The position numbers and the translations under genes are program-made. From NCBI GenBank assembly GCA_003482855.1, contig DMXO01000002.1, positions 210,635 through 274,634 on the forward strand: DNA of 64,000 bases, given 5' to 3'. The DNA is from Candidatus Magasanikiibacteriota bacterium (GTDB lineage Bacteria > Patescibacteriota > Patescibacteriia > Magasanikbacterales > UBA922). The notes under the pieces are model-generated. The model saw only the letters and a program-made list of their open reading frames with translations, was not told the origin of the DNA and did not search any database. Shown one piece after another: positions 49,276 to 59,378 of the stretch (the stretch's first letter is position 1; every line of letters starts with the position of its first letter).

Positions 49276-51735
49276 TTATTTTCTCACTTCTGCTTTGAAT
49301 TTCTGTTCAAGCAGTTTGACCAGCTTGGCATGTATCTTGTCTACATCAGCAGTCTCAAGTGTCTTCTCTTTTGAGACATATGTAATATGATAGGCCAAGC
49401 TCTTTTTATTTTGACCGAGGTTCTCACCTTCGAAGACGTCAAATAATTCTACATTACCAATCAGTAAATCAACAGCTTTAATTTCTTTTACCACATCTGT
49501 ATGCAGGACAGTCTTGTGTACTACAAATGCAACATCACGCATTACTTCTGGATATTCTGAAAGTCTATGATATACACTCTTGAAAGAAATGAGTAGTAAT
49601 AGAGAATTCAAATCTATTTCGGAGAGAGCAACTTGAGATACTATACCAAATCGCGTCTGCTTCTCTGGATGAAGCTCTGCAATATATCCGATGCGGACAC
49701 CACCAACTTCCACATGAGCAAAACGACTCGGATGAAACCATGACGCCATATGGTCAGTCGATGATTCTAATGTACATTCAAGCCCCAGCCTCTGTAATAT
49801 TGTAGTCACGACATGCGACACTTCAAAAAATGGCTTTTTGTCTCCTTTTGCTGAATATGCCACTCCCCACATAGTATCCTGTTTCGGAAGCAAATAATCA
49901 CTTCCTTTCCACTCTCGCTCCCCTACCTCTTCTTTCCAAAAAACTTTACCAATTTCAAACAAACGAACTTCATCAAATGAATGTATATTCTTTTCAATAT
50001 TTTCCAAAAGATTTGGTATAAGACTTCTACGCAAATAAGGACGATCTTTTGCAATCGGATTATCAAGCTCAATATGTTCTTCGAGATTCAAGTCCAATAA
50101 CTTCAATATATGTGGTGAAACAAACGAATAATTATAACTTTCTGCAAAATGGTGTTCAAGCGAAACTAAATCTTTTATTTTTCGCTCAAGCGCACGTAGT
50201 TCATTTTTTTCTGGTGGCGTAATTGAAAAAATCGGTAATTGTGATTCAATATTACCAAATCCATATATACGTGCCACTTCTTCGACAATATCTTCGGCAA
50301 TAGAAATATCTTTTGTCGCGCGCCAAGTTGGAATTTTTATCTTCATTACATTCTTCTTTTCTTCAACAGAAAAGCCTAATCTGTACAAAATAGCAACAAC
50401 TTCTTTATGATCTATTTCCTTCCCAATCTTTTTGGTAAGAAAATTGAGGTCAAATTCAATTGGTCCTTGATACAAATGAAAATTTTTAATATCGGCGACA
50501 TTACTCACGACTTTTGCTTGAGGACACATCTCCAAAAGCAATTCTATAGCCCGCCTCATTGCCAATTCTACATTATGAGGATCCTGACCTTTCTCAAAAC
50601 GCATAGACGCATCAGAGCGTATGCCATACTTAGTTGAGGTTTTACGAATATTTGTTGCATCAAAATTTGCTGCTTCGAATACAACTATCTTTGTTTCATG
50701 TGTTATCTCACTATTCTTACCCCCCATTACACCACCAATATCTACTGCCTTTTCTTCATCTGCAACCAAAAGAACGTTATTATCAAATGTATATTCTTTA
50801 TCATCAAGTGTAGTAAATTTCTCTCCTTCTTGAGCTCGTCTAATAACAAAAGTTAATTTATCTTTCTTGACTGTCAATTTTGACGCATCAAACGCATGCA
50901 TGGGTTGACCTAAATCGCAGGTAATGTAATTAGTGATATCCACAATATTATTTATTGGACGCACACCCACTGACATCAAACTTTTTTGTAGCCAAATAGG
51001 TGAAGGACCGACAACAACTCCGTCCACTGCGACCGACATATAACGATAACACAAATCCTTTGTTTGGTTATCAATTTTAATGTTTATCCCTTTCCCAGGC
51101 TTAATTTCTGATGTCTTATATTCTTTCAAATCTTTTTTGAACAGTACACCAACTTCTCGCGCTATACCATAATGTCCCCATAAATCTGGACGATGGGAAA
51201 GAGATTTATTGTCGATTTCAAAAATAGCATCATCCAAATCAAGTGCTTTAGCAAGAGGCTGCCCAACCTTTTTTTCACCGACCACGGTCAAATCCAAAAT
51301 TTCTTTTTCATCTTTTAGAGGAAACATCTCGCCCAAACCGATTTCAGTTGATGCACAAATCATACCGTATGATTCGATATCACGAATCTTTACTTTTTTT
51401 AATTCAACCAATTCACCCTCTCCGTGCCAACGTACTTTTGCCCCCAAACCTGCCAAAGCAACGAGCATTCCCTCACGTACATTTGAACCCCCACAGACTA
51501 TTTGCACTGGGTATTTTTCACCAAATTCTACAGTACACACATTCAGTTTGTCAGCGTTGGGGTGTCTTTGTACACTTGCCACCTTGCCCACAACAATATT
51601 ATCAAGATATTTGCCTTGGTATTCAATTTTTTCTACTTCAACTGTACTTAATTTTAATTTGTCGGCAATATCTTGTACAGAAATTGAATTAGGGAGATCA
51701 ATATATTGTCTAAGCCAATTGTAACTAATCAACAT
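49276..51735 (-). CDS. pheT: phenylalanine-tRNA ligase beta subunit
   Basis: HPNADKL; RPINNIVDITNY; GQPMHAFD; EEVARIYG; FDX-ACB C-terminus. Confidence 0.97.
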   Translation of the reverse strand: MLISYNWLRQYIDLPNSISVQDIADKLKLSTVEVEKIEYQGKYLDNIVVGKVASVQRHPNADKLNVCTVEFGEKYPVQIVCGGSNVREGMLVALAGLGAKVRWHGEGELVELKKVKIRDIESYGMICASTEIGLGEMFPLKDEKEILDLTVVGEKKVGQPLAKALDLDDAIFEIDNKSLSHRPDLWGHYGIAREVGVLFKKDLKEYKTSEIKPGKGINIKIDNQTKDLCYRYMSVAVDGVVVGPSPIWLQKSLMSVGVRPINNIVDITNYITCDLGQPMHAFDASKLTVKKDKLTFVIRRAQEGEKFTTLDDKEYTFDNNVLLVADEEKAVDIGGVMGGKNSEITHETKIVVFEAANFDATNIRKTSTKYGIRSDASMRFEKGQDPHNVELAMRRAIELLLEMCPQAKVVSNVADIKNFHLYQGPIEFDLNFLTKKIGKEIDHKEVVAILYRLGFSVEEKKNVMKIKIPTWRATKDISIAEDIVEEVARIYGFGNIESQLPIFSITPPEKNELRALERKIKDLVSLEHHFAESYNYSFVSPHILKLLDLNLEEHIELDNPIAKDRPYLRRSLIPNLLENIEKNIHSFDEVRLFEIGKVFWKEEVGEREWKGSDYLLPKQDTMWGVAYSAKGDKKPFFEVSHVVTTILQRLGLECTLESSTDHMASWFHPSRFAHVEVGGVRIGYIAELHPEKQTRFGIVSQVALSEIDLNSLLLLISFKSVYHRLSEYPEVMRDVAFVVHKTVLHTDVVKEIKAVDLLIGNVELFDVFEGENLGQNKKSLAYHITYVSKEKTLETADVDKIHAKLVKLLEQKFKAEVRK

Positions 51736-51743
51736 ATTTTTAT

Positions 51744-52802
51744 TTAAAATTGATTGAGAAATTTGAGATCACCACTCTTCATCACGCGTATTTCATCAAT
51801 CCCATATTTAAGCATCACCAGACGATCCAAACCAAAGCCAAATGCAAAACCCTGATACTCTTTTGGATCCAAACCACACTCTTTGATAACGTTTGGATGA
51901 GTCATCCCTGCGCCAAAAATTTCAAGCCAGCCAGATTGCTTGCATACCCGGCATCCTGACCCTTTACATAGTGAACAGGTGACTTCTCCATTTACACCAG
52001 GCTCAACAAATGGATAATACTTCGGACGAAAACGCACCAGGGTTTCTTGCCCATACAAATGCTTGGCAACAACTTCCAATACTGCTTTCAGATGAGAAAA
52101 ATTAATATCTTTGTCGATGACCATGCCTTCTACTTGATACAAGGTGTGTTCATGCCGTGCATCAGTTGCTTCATTACGAAAACAGCGTCCTGGTACAATC
52201 ATACGGAGTGGCGCACCATATTTCTCCAACGCACGTGCCTGATTTGGTGATGTATGTGTGCGCATGACCCACGGTGATTGATCATTGGATACATCACCTT
52301 GGTTATGTCCTTTGATATAGAAGGTGTCTTGCATATCACGTGCTGGATGTGTAGCAGTAATATTTACTGCTTCAAAATTGTAATAATCACTCTCAAGTTC
52401 AGGCCCATCAAGCACCATGAAACCCATAGAAGTAAATAAATCCTCCAAATCATTTTGTACAAGTGTAATAGGATGCAAATGACCTTTTGGTTCTACGGAT
52501 AGTTTTGGTTGTGTTATATCAATACATTCTTTCTCCAGAATATTCCCCCATTCGTGCTGTTGCAACTCACCTTTTCTCTTCGTATATATTTCTTCAAGCT
52601 CACTTTTGACCTGATTCGCCAACTTGCCAAATTCTTTGCGCGCTTCACCAGATAATTCTTTTAAATTTTTCATGATTTCGCTCATTTCACCGGACTTGCG
52701 TGAAAAAAATCTTTGATAGAGTTCATCAAGCTTTAAAATATCATTGACTTCGCTAATCGATTTTTTGAATTCTTGTTCTAATTTTTCAAGTTGTTGTTTC
52801 AT
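51744..52802 (-). CDS. pheS: phenylalanine-tRNA ligase alpha subunit
   Basis: HPARDMQDTFY; RTHTSP; YPFVEP; GFAFGFGLDRL. Confidence 0.98.
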   Translation of the reverse strand: MKQQLEKLEQEFKKSISEVNDILKLDELYQRFFSRKSGEMSEIMKNLKELSGEARKEFGKLANQVKSELEEIYTKRKGELQQHEWGNILEKECIDITQPKLSVEPKGHLHPITLVQNDLEDLFTSMGFMVLDGPELESDYYNFEAVNITATHPARDMQDTFYIKGHNQGDVSNDQSPWVMRTHTSPNQARALEKYGAPLRMIVPGRCFRNEATDARHEHTLYQVEGMVIDKDINFSHLKAVLEVVAKHLYGQETLVRFRPKYYPFVEPGVNGEVTCSLCKGSGCRVCKQSGWLEIFGAGMTHPNVIKECGLDPKEYQGFAFGFGLDRLVMLKYGIDEIRVMKSGDLKFLNQF

Positions 52803-52852
52803 AAAAACAAATTATTTTCTATTTCCATTTCTAGGACTACGAAAATCAGGCC

Positions 52853-53239
52853 TCAAAAGTTCCCACCTGTTTCAGTGCCTTCATCTGGTCTCTCGCCTCG
52901 TCTAGCTTCTGGATGCAAGACATCAGTCACTTCTTGACCCAATGTTCTTTCAAAAGCACGCAAACGTTCCAAAATACCATTATAATCCAATTGTGTATCG
53001 TGGGCTACTTCCATCTCATGGGCAAAAGACTCTGCTAATCTCTGAAGTAATAGACCTAATGCAATTTCTACATCTCTTAAAGGTATATTTTGTTGATCCA
53101 AAACAGCAAGCATGTCACACAAAAAAGCCTCGCTATCATCGCCAACACCAAAATCAGCAACCCGAGGAAATTGTTCTCTAAATCGTCTTTCCAAAATCTT
53201 TTTTATGCGGGCCCTTTGTAATTCATCGAGTGGATCCAT
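52853..53239 (-). CDS. hypothetical protein
   Basis: 128-aa ORF in operon orientation. Confidence 0.55.
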   Translation of the reverse strand: MDPLDELQRARIKKILERRFREQFPRVADFGVGDDSEAFLCDMLAVLDQQNIPLRDVEIALGLLLQRLAESFAHEMEVAHDTQLDYNGILERLRAFERTLGQEVTDVLHPEARRGERPDEGTETGGNF

Positions 53240-53255
53240 AGTGCCTAATTACAAA

Positions 53256-54425
53256 CTAAAACAATTTCACCACATCTCTAAATGTCACCACAACCACAAG
53301 CCCCATCAATAATACAAAACCTATCGTATGTGCGAGCTGTTCATACTTCATAGGCACGGGACGTCTAATTATTTTGCCTATCAAAATAAATAATACACGA
53401 CCACCATCAAGCGCAGGTATAGGCAAAATATTGATTGCAGCAAGACTAAGCGACAGCATCGCAGTAACATTTAAGAGATAACTAAAACCTAACCTTGCAC
53501 TCTGCCCCACAATCGTAGCAATGCCCACAGGTCCTGCAACATCAAATAGAAGTCCTTGACCCAAAATCAAATTTTTCAATAAATAATAAAACGCGATAAA
53601 AATATTGATAAGCCCAAAAAATGCAGCAACAAATCCTTTGTATATCGCAATATACCACGGATAACGAATAACTCCTGCTTCAGCAATAGCAACCCCGATG
53701 TTGGGATCTTGTCCTCCCTCAATTATACGTGGTGTAACCATGACATTCAATTCCTCTTCTCCACGCATGATATGAACAACAATTTCTACGCCTTCGTGTG
53801 CGTCTATATATTCATTCATTTGTGCTGCGCTAGCTATTTTCACACCATCTAATCCAACCAATTTGTCGCCAAACTGTATCCCAGCTTCTGCTGCTGGAGT
53901 ATCAACTTGAACTTGTTGGATGACAACACTTGGTTCTTCGACAACTATAGCAGAGGCATCAACACCCGCTGACATGTCTGCTGGCAAACCAGCCATAAAT
54001 CCTATACCAAGTACCACGCCTGCCAAAATCACATTCATAGTGACCCCTGCAACAAGCACGACGACACGTTGCCATGCCTTCTTACTGCCAAAGCTGTCTG
54101 AATCCTGTGCTTCGTCTCCATTTTCTCCCTTGATACGCACAAATCCTCCTATAGGCAATAGGTTAATTGACCACAACATGCCAGGAAATTCATCCTGCTG
54201 TTCATCTCCAGAAATTGTCTTTTTGAGACTACTCTTCCCTTTACCCCAGACGATTTTTATTTTCTTTGTCTCAGGATCTCTATAAAAACTAAAAACTCGG
54301 GGTGGATACCCAAACCCAAACTCATATACTTTCATCCCGCTCATACGCGCAGTGACAAAATGTCCAAACTCATGCCCCAATACGAGAATACCAAGGATGA
54401 TAATAAAAATAAGTAATGTCATCAT
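53256..54425 (-). CDS. rseP: RIP metalloprotease RseP (M50 with PDZ)
   Basis: HEFGH; LPIGGFVRIKGE; AGVTMN; NILPIPALDGG. Confidence 0.93.
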   Translation of the reverse strand: MMTLLIFIIILGILVLGHEFGHFVTARMSGMKVYEFGFGYPPRVFSFYRDPETKKIKIVWGKGKSSLKKTISGDEQQDEFPGMLWSINLLPIGGFVRIKGENGDEAQDSDSFGSKKAWQRVVVLVAGVTMNVILAGVVLGIGFMAGLPADMSAGVDASAIVVEEPSVVIQQVQVDTPAAEAGIQFGDKLVGLDGVKIASAAQMNEYIDAHEGVEIVVHIMRGEEELNVMVTPRIIEGGQDPNIGVAIAEAGVIRYPWYIAIYKGFVAAFFGLINIFIAFYYLLKNLILGQGLLFDVAGPVGIATIVGQSARLGFSYLLNVTAMLSLSLAAINILPIPALDGGRVLFILIGKIIRRPVPMKYEQLAHTIGFVLLMGLVVVVTFRDVVKLF

Positions 54426-54548
54426 AGATAAAAACAGCTAAACCATTGACTAAATACAACAAAATTATGTAAAATAACAGTACTATTATCTCATATAGTA
54501 GTAGGTAAATCAATAGTGGAACATTATCCACATAATACACTCGTATAT

Positions 54549-55112
54549 ATGACTTTAATTTATGTGATCTTGGCTGTCCTCGCTGTATTCATCCTCTGGA
54601 TGATTGGCGTATACAATGGCCTGATCCGTCTTCGCAATCGTACCAAGGAAAGCTGGAGTGACATCGATGTCCAATTGAAACGTCGCTATGACCTCATTCC
54701 AAATTTGGTATCAAGTGTCAAAGGTTATATGACACATGAACGAGGACTCCTCGAAAATGTAACCAAATTCCGTGCAGAAGCCATGAAAGCACAAGAAGCT
54801 GGCGACACTCAGGGTATTGTTCGTGCAGAAAATCAACTCGGTGGATTTATGCGCGACCTCAAAGTGGCAATGGAAGCATACCCAGATTTGAAAGCAAACC
54901 AACAGGTCGGGCAACTTATGGATGAACTCTCTGACACTGAAAACAAAATTATGGCATCTCGCCGTTTCTACAATGGAAATGTCCGCGACTTCAACACCAA
55001 GATGGAAGTATTCCCTACCAATATGATCGCTAGCATGCTTAAATTTACTAAGTTTGAATTTTTTGAGATTGAAGATGCGAAAGAGAGACAAAATGTTGAG
55101 GTAAAACTATAA
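54549..55112 (+). CDS. lemA: LemA family protein
   Basis: WSDIDVQLKRRYDLIPNL; EAYPDLKAN; SRRFYN; FPTN. Confidence 0.95.
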   Translation: MTLIYVILAVLAVFILWMIGVYNGLIRLRNRTKESWSDIDVQLKRRYDLIPNLVSSVKGYMTHERGLLENVTKFRAEAMKAQEAGDTQGIVRAENQLGGFMRDLKVAMEAYPDLKANQQVGQLMDELSDTENKIMASRRFYNGNVRDFNTKMEVFPTNMIASMLKFTKFEFFEIEDAKERQNVEVKL

Positions 55113-55197
55113 AAGCTCATAAGGCCGACGAGGCTTACAAAGCCCATGATGCTTTTGTAAGCCTTGCAAGCATTGTAAGCTTTATAAACCTTTTATT

Positions 55198-56085
55198 ATG
55201 TACAATCAAATCGATTCTAACAAACGAAAAACAAACCTCCTTATACTTATTTTTACCGTATTCATTATAGCTATTGGCTGGTTTCTCAATGTATATATGG
55301 GGTATGGCTATGGGAGTGTTGTACTTGCAGTCATTATTTCAGTTGTTATGACACTTCTAAGCTATTACAAAGGCGACGCCATAGCCTTGCGCTCGACAGG
55401 AGCAAAACAAATTCAGAAAGAAGAAAATCCTTACGTGTATCGCATGGTAGAAAATATGGCGATTACTGCAGGACTACCTATGCCAAAAGTGTATATAATA
55501 AACTCCCCAGCCCTCAATGCTTTTGCAACAGGGCGTGACCCGGAGCATGCATCTGTTGCCGTAACAACTGGTATAGTACAAGCACTTGAAAACGAAGAGC
55601 TTGAGGGTGTCATCGCGCATGAAATGTCACATATAAAAAACTATGACATCCGTGTCATGACTATTGTGGTCGTCCTCGTCGGCGCAATTTCTCTTTTGAG
55701 TAATTGGTTCTTCCGTGCACGCCTTCTAGGGGGTGACCGACGTGGTGGAAACAAAAGTGGTGGCCAGCTTGGCTCAATCATTATGATTGTAGGTCTTGTT
55801 CTTCTCATCCTCTCTCCTATTATTGCAGAACTTATCAAACTCGCCATTTCACGTAAACGAGAATATTTGGCTGATGCATCAGGATCTCTCCTCACTCGCT
55901 ACCCCGAAGGATTGGCTCGAGCACTTGAAAAAATATCCAAATCGACCGAACCATTACCAACGGCAAGTGCGGCTACTGCCCATCTTTTTATTTCAAATCC
56001 ATTCAAAAAACAAAACTTCACCAGCCTTTTTTCTACTCATCCACCAATTACTGACCGTATTGAAAAACTACGAAACATGGCTTAA
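55198..56085 (+). CDS. htpX: zinc metalloprotease HtpX (M48)
   Basis: NAFATGR; AHEMSH; SRKREYLAD; STHPP..RI. Confidence 0.93.
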   Translation: MYNQIDSNKRKTNLLILIFTVFIIAIGWFLNVYMGYGYGSVVLAVIISVVMTLLSYYKGDAIALRSTGAKQIQKEENPYVYRMVENMAITAGLPMPKVYIINSPALNAFATGRDPEHASVAVTTGIVQALENEELEGVIAHEMSHIKNYDIRVMTIVVVLVGAISLLSNWFFRARLLGGDRRGGNKSGGQLGSIIMIVGLVLLILSPIIAELIKLAISRKREYLADASGSLLTRYPEGLARALEKISKSTEPLPTASAATAHLFISNPFKKQNFTSLFSTHPPITDRIEKLRNMA

Positions 56086-56107
56086 CAAACACAGGTCTAC
56101 ACGTCAT

Positions 56108-56136
56108 AAACTGCCACCACCTGGAGGGCAGTTTTA
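56108..56136 (+). terminator. intrinsic terminator
   Basis: aaactgcc..ggcagtttt. Confidence 0.6.
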
Positions 56137-56187
56137 TTTATTGTTAGTCTTTCTTTTTGCTATTGAGAGTGGTACTATATAAACATT

Positions 56188-56850
56188 ATGAAGACATATA
56201 GACATCACATAATAACCAACTTCCCCCAAAACACATCCATTTTCAAAAAACTTTTTGCAAATATAATGTTTCTGGTTGGTGTCACCAAGATAACAACACG
56301 CCCCAATGGACTAACAAAAGATGATTATCACAAAGCACTTCATGTGGTGCGCAGAGGAGATGTTATATTGGTGGGAAGTTTGAGACGAGTAAGCAAATTT
56401 TTCATACGCGGGCCGGTGACTCACGCCGCACTCTACATTGGCAAAGGCAAAGTCATACACGCTATATCTGACGGGGTGCAAAAAGATATATTTAGAGAAT
56501 TTTTTTCTGAATATGACACACTCGCCATAATGAGGGCAAACATAGAAGCAGATAAAAAACAAATTATAAAAAAATCTATTTCATACGCCAAAAAACAAAT
56601 AGGTAAACCATTCAATTTTTTTCTCACACCAAGCCAACAAGAATTATTTTGTAGCCAACTTATAAATAATGCATTCCACCACGCCAACTTCAACACAGGA
56701 ATAACAAATTATAGCGAAGCAAAAGATATTATACGCAAAGAGATTGCAGCAACGAGAGCACTACACCCAAAAAACTTTGTTTATGCAAATTTTTCACTCA
56801 TCTTTGCATCTTCCTCACTCAAAAAATATATAGATGAAAAAATAATCTAA
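56188..56850 (+). CDS. permuted papain-like NlpC/P60 (YiiX/YebB-like) enzyme
   Basis: GDVILV; THAALYIG; LFCSQL (His before Cys). Confidence 0.8.
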   Translation: MKTYRHHIITNFPQNTSIFKKLFANIMFLVGVTKITTRPNGLTKDDYHKALHVVRRGDVILVGSLRRVSKFFIRGPVTHAALYIGKGKVIHAISDGVQKDIFREFFSEYDTLAIMRANIEADKKQIIKKSISYAKKQIGKPFNFFLTPSQQELFCSQLINNAFHHANFNTGITNYSEAKDIIRKEIAATRALHPKNFVYANFSLIFASSSLKKYIDEKII

Positions 56851-56856
56851 ACCATT

Positions 56857-57549
56857 ATGACACCACATACCAATGAAGCTGTGTGCCCCATCTGTCATGT
56901 GACACTCTCATATAATCCACGCTACCCACAGTATGTGTGCAATGCATGCACGATGCGTGCTCAAGATAAAAATGGAAGAAGATTAGAATTTTTTAATACC
57001 GATATATCTGGCGGATATACAGCGCGATACGCTGACACACAGGAGGTATACACTAGCCACGAATGCTACATAGATGGTGTACCATGTGAAGCTCAAGAAG
57101 CTAAATTTGGCGGTATCGTCATTATCCCCATAGAAAAATCAAATACATCCATAAAAGTCAAGTTGAACAAAAAATTCACATACCTCATGTGGATACTTGG
57201 CATATGCAGTTTTGGTTTTATACCCCTTCTATACAAATTACTTGTACTCAAAAGATATCCACTTGTGGTAGATAACGTGGGCCTAACTATGCGAAATAAA
57301 AAAAAATATTTGTGGGGTGATATACAACGTATTGAACAAGCACATGTTTCAGTATATGGCGTGACCCAAATACCAGGGGCTATAGAGTTATACTTCAAAG
57401 AGAATGACAAAATTAAATATGTAGCTATACCATTAAAATTTATATATGAGGGAGAAAAAATAATGAAACTCATTACAGACATGTGTGAAACAAAACATAT
57501 ACCTATCACACACAAAACTTTGTCTCCTCACATTCCCAAAAAAATATGA
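56857..57549 (+). CDS. hypothetical protein with Cys-rich N-terminal domain and a TM helix
   Basis: CPIC..RYP.YVCNAC; EAKFGGIVI; TM at about aa 108-128. Confidence 0.6.
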   Translation: MTPHTNEAVCPICHVTLSYNPRYPQYVCNACTMRAQDKNGRRLEFFNTDISGGYTARYADTQEVYTSHECYIDGVPCEAQEAKFGGIVIIPIEKSNTSIKVKLNKKFTYLMWILGICSFGFIPLLYKLLVLKRYPLVVDNVGLTMRNKKKYLWGDIQRIEQAHVSVYGVTQIPGAIELYFKENDKIKYVAIPLKFIYEGEKIMKLITDMCETKHIPITHKTLSPHIPKKI

Positions 57550-57971
57550 AACTTATAACCCACGACGAAAAAAGGAGTATCTACATACTCCGCCTCGACC
57601 GCGGTGATGAATTGAAAGAAACGCTTGCACAATTTTGTACAGAAAACAAAATTACTGCTGGATATTTTTCTGGCATTGGTTCAACTGACAACTGTGTACT
57701 GGCATACTATGATGCGCAACAAAAACAATATATAGACCATACATTTATAGGGCACTACGAGGTCATTTCTATACATGGTAATATAAGTTTGATTGACGAA
57801 AATCCACTTATTCATGCCCACGTAGTCATTTCGGGATCAGATATGACAGCAAAAGCCGGGCATGTACAAAGTTTGATGACATACATCACCAATGAAATCA
57901 TGCTACAAAAACTTGATGGCGCAATTACGCGCAAACATTCCCCTGAGGATAATTTATTTTTGATAAAATAA
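57546..57971 (+). CDS. PPC/DUF296 domain protein
   Basis: LRLDRGDEL; GIGS; EVISIHGNI; HAHVVI..AGHV. Confidence 0.85.
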   Translation: MKLITHDEKRSIYILRLDRGDELKETLAQFCTENKITAGYFSGIGSTDNCVLAYYDAQQKQYIDHTFIGHYEVISIHGNISLIDENPLIHAHVVISGSDMTAKAGHVQSLMTYITNEIMLQKLDGAITRKHSPEDNLFLIK

Positions 57972-57972
57972 T

Positions 57973-58623
57973 ATGATATTCAATGGTGACAAAAAGGTTG
58001 GACAATCTATTCTCCACATTCCAGAAAAAAAATTTGTCGATGCCTACACCCCCAAAATTCCCCGATTTATAGAAACATATCATCTCACGTATATGACCAT
58101 ACTCTGGTCTGGTCTCATTGTGCTATTTGGATATTTAGCACAGGAAAACTTCCAATGGCTTTGGGGAATGTCAGTGTGTATTTTCATGCAATGGTTAACC
58201 GATGCATTCGATGGAGCTGTCGGACGCCTACGCAATACAGGTCTCATCAAATGGGGATACTACATGGACCATTTTCTTGATTACATATTCCTATGCTCAA
58301 TCATCATCGCGTATTCATTTATCATCCCCAATGAATATAAGCATCTTGTGTTTTTCATATTCGCGATAGTTGGTGCATTCATTGTCAACTCGTATCTGTC
58401 TTTTGCAGCGACAAATGAATTTCGCGTCAGTTATCTGGGAGTTGGACCGACTGAAGCACGCATTGTGTTTATTATTATAAATACACTTCTCATCATTTTT
58501 GGAAAAACATATATGGCATGGTCAATACCTCTTATCACAATGGGCGGAATGATAGGACTCATCTTCGTAGTACACCAGACGCAGAAATATATTTGGAATA
58601 TAGATATGAAGAATAAAAAATAA
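57973..58623 (+). CDS. CDP-alcohol phosphatidyltransferase family protein
   Basis: DAFDGAVGR...G.YMDHFLD signature. Confidence 0.85.
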   Translation: MIFNGDKKVGQSILHIPEKKFVDAYTPKIPRFIETYHLTYMTILWSGLIVLFGYLAQENFQWLWGMSVCIFMQWLTDAFDGAVGRLRNTGLIKWGYYMDHFLDYIFLCSIIIAYSFIIPNEYKHLVFFIFAIVGAFIVNSYLSFAATNEFRVSYLGVGPTEARIVFIIINTLLIIFGKTYMAWSIPLITMGGMIGLIFVVHQTQKYIWNIDMKNKK

Positions 58624-58627
58624 GACT

Positions 58628-59269
58628 ATGGACAAAAAAACACTAAAAGAATTCTTTGATTTTTCCTTTCTAACCAACAAAATGAAATACATTGAACGAT
58701 TCAAAGGACATTATTTTTGGCGTGAATACCCACAGCCACCGCGCTATGATTCTAATGCTGACCACAGCTGGCATCTTGCTATGCTCGTACTTCTGTTTTC
58801 TGACAAACTTTCCAAACCTTTCAATGTCGAAAAGGGACTTAAAATTGCTCTCTTGCATGACTTGGTAGAAATATATGCTGGAGACACTGATCCTTTGGGT
58901 GCCGAAGGAACAGGCGCTGATACGCATGCATTCAATAAAACTGCAGAACAAGAAAAAACAAAAAAGGAAGAAGCATCCGCACAAAAAATCTTTGCCACAC
59001 TACCAGAAAATAAACGTAAAGAATTCTATGAACTATGGCAAGAATATGCAACAGGTTCAAGTTACGAAGCTATGGTGATCAAGGCGCTTGATAAAATAGA
59101 AGCGACCATGCAAATCATTGAGTGGCGCGATGGCAAAGTATTTCCCGAGCATTTACAATTTAGCATAAAATATTTACATAAATACGCGGATGTTGACCCC
59201 GCAATCTCAGAATTTGTAGAGCTTATCACGAAAGAGTTAAAAAAACGATATAAAGATTTTACTGTATAA
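58628..59269 (+). CDS. HD domain phosphohydrolase (YfbR/HDDC2-like)
   Basis: ADHSWHLA; LLHDLVEIYAGD; KALDK. Confidence 0.85.
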   Translation: MDKKTLKEFFDFSFLTNKMKYIERFKGHYFWREYPQPPRYDSNADHSWHLAMLVLLFSDKLSKPFNVEKGLKIALLHDLVEIYAGDTDPLGAEGTGADTHAFNKTAEQEKTKKEEASAQKIFATLPENKRKEFYELWQEYATGSSYEAMVIKALDKIEATMQIIEWRDGKVFPEHLQFSIKYLHKYADVDPAISEFVELITKELKKRYKDFTV

Positions 59270-59334
59270 AAACTAGCATATTAAATAGTCTTGGGATATA
59301 TAAACTCAGGCAAGCATTTTGTATAAAAAATACT

Positions 59335-59361
59335 AAAACTCCCTCATACTAAGGGAGTTTT
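59335..59361. terminator. bidirectional terminator
   Basis: aaaactccct-catact-aagggagtttt. Confidence 0.7.
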
Positions 59362-59378
59362 GATATATAACTGGGGCA

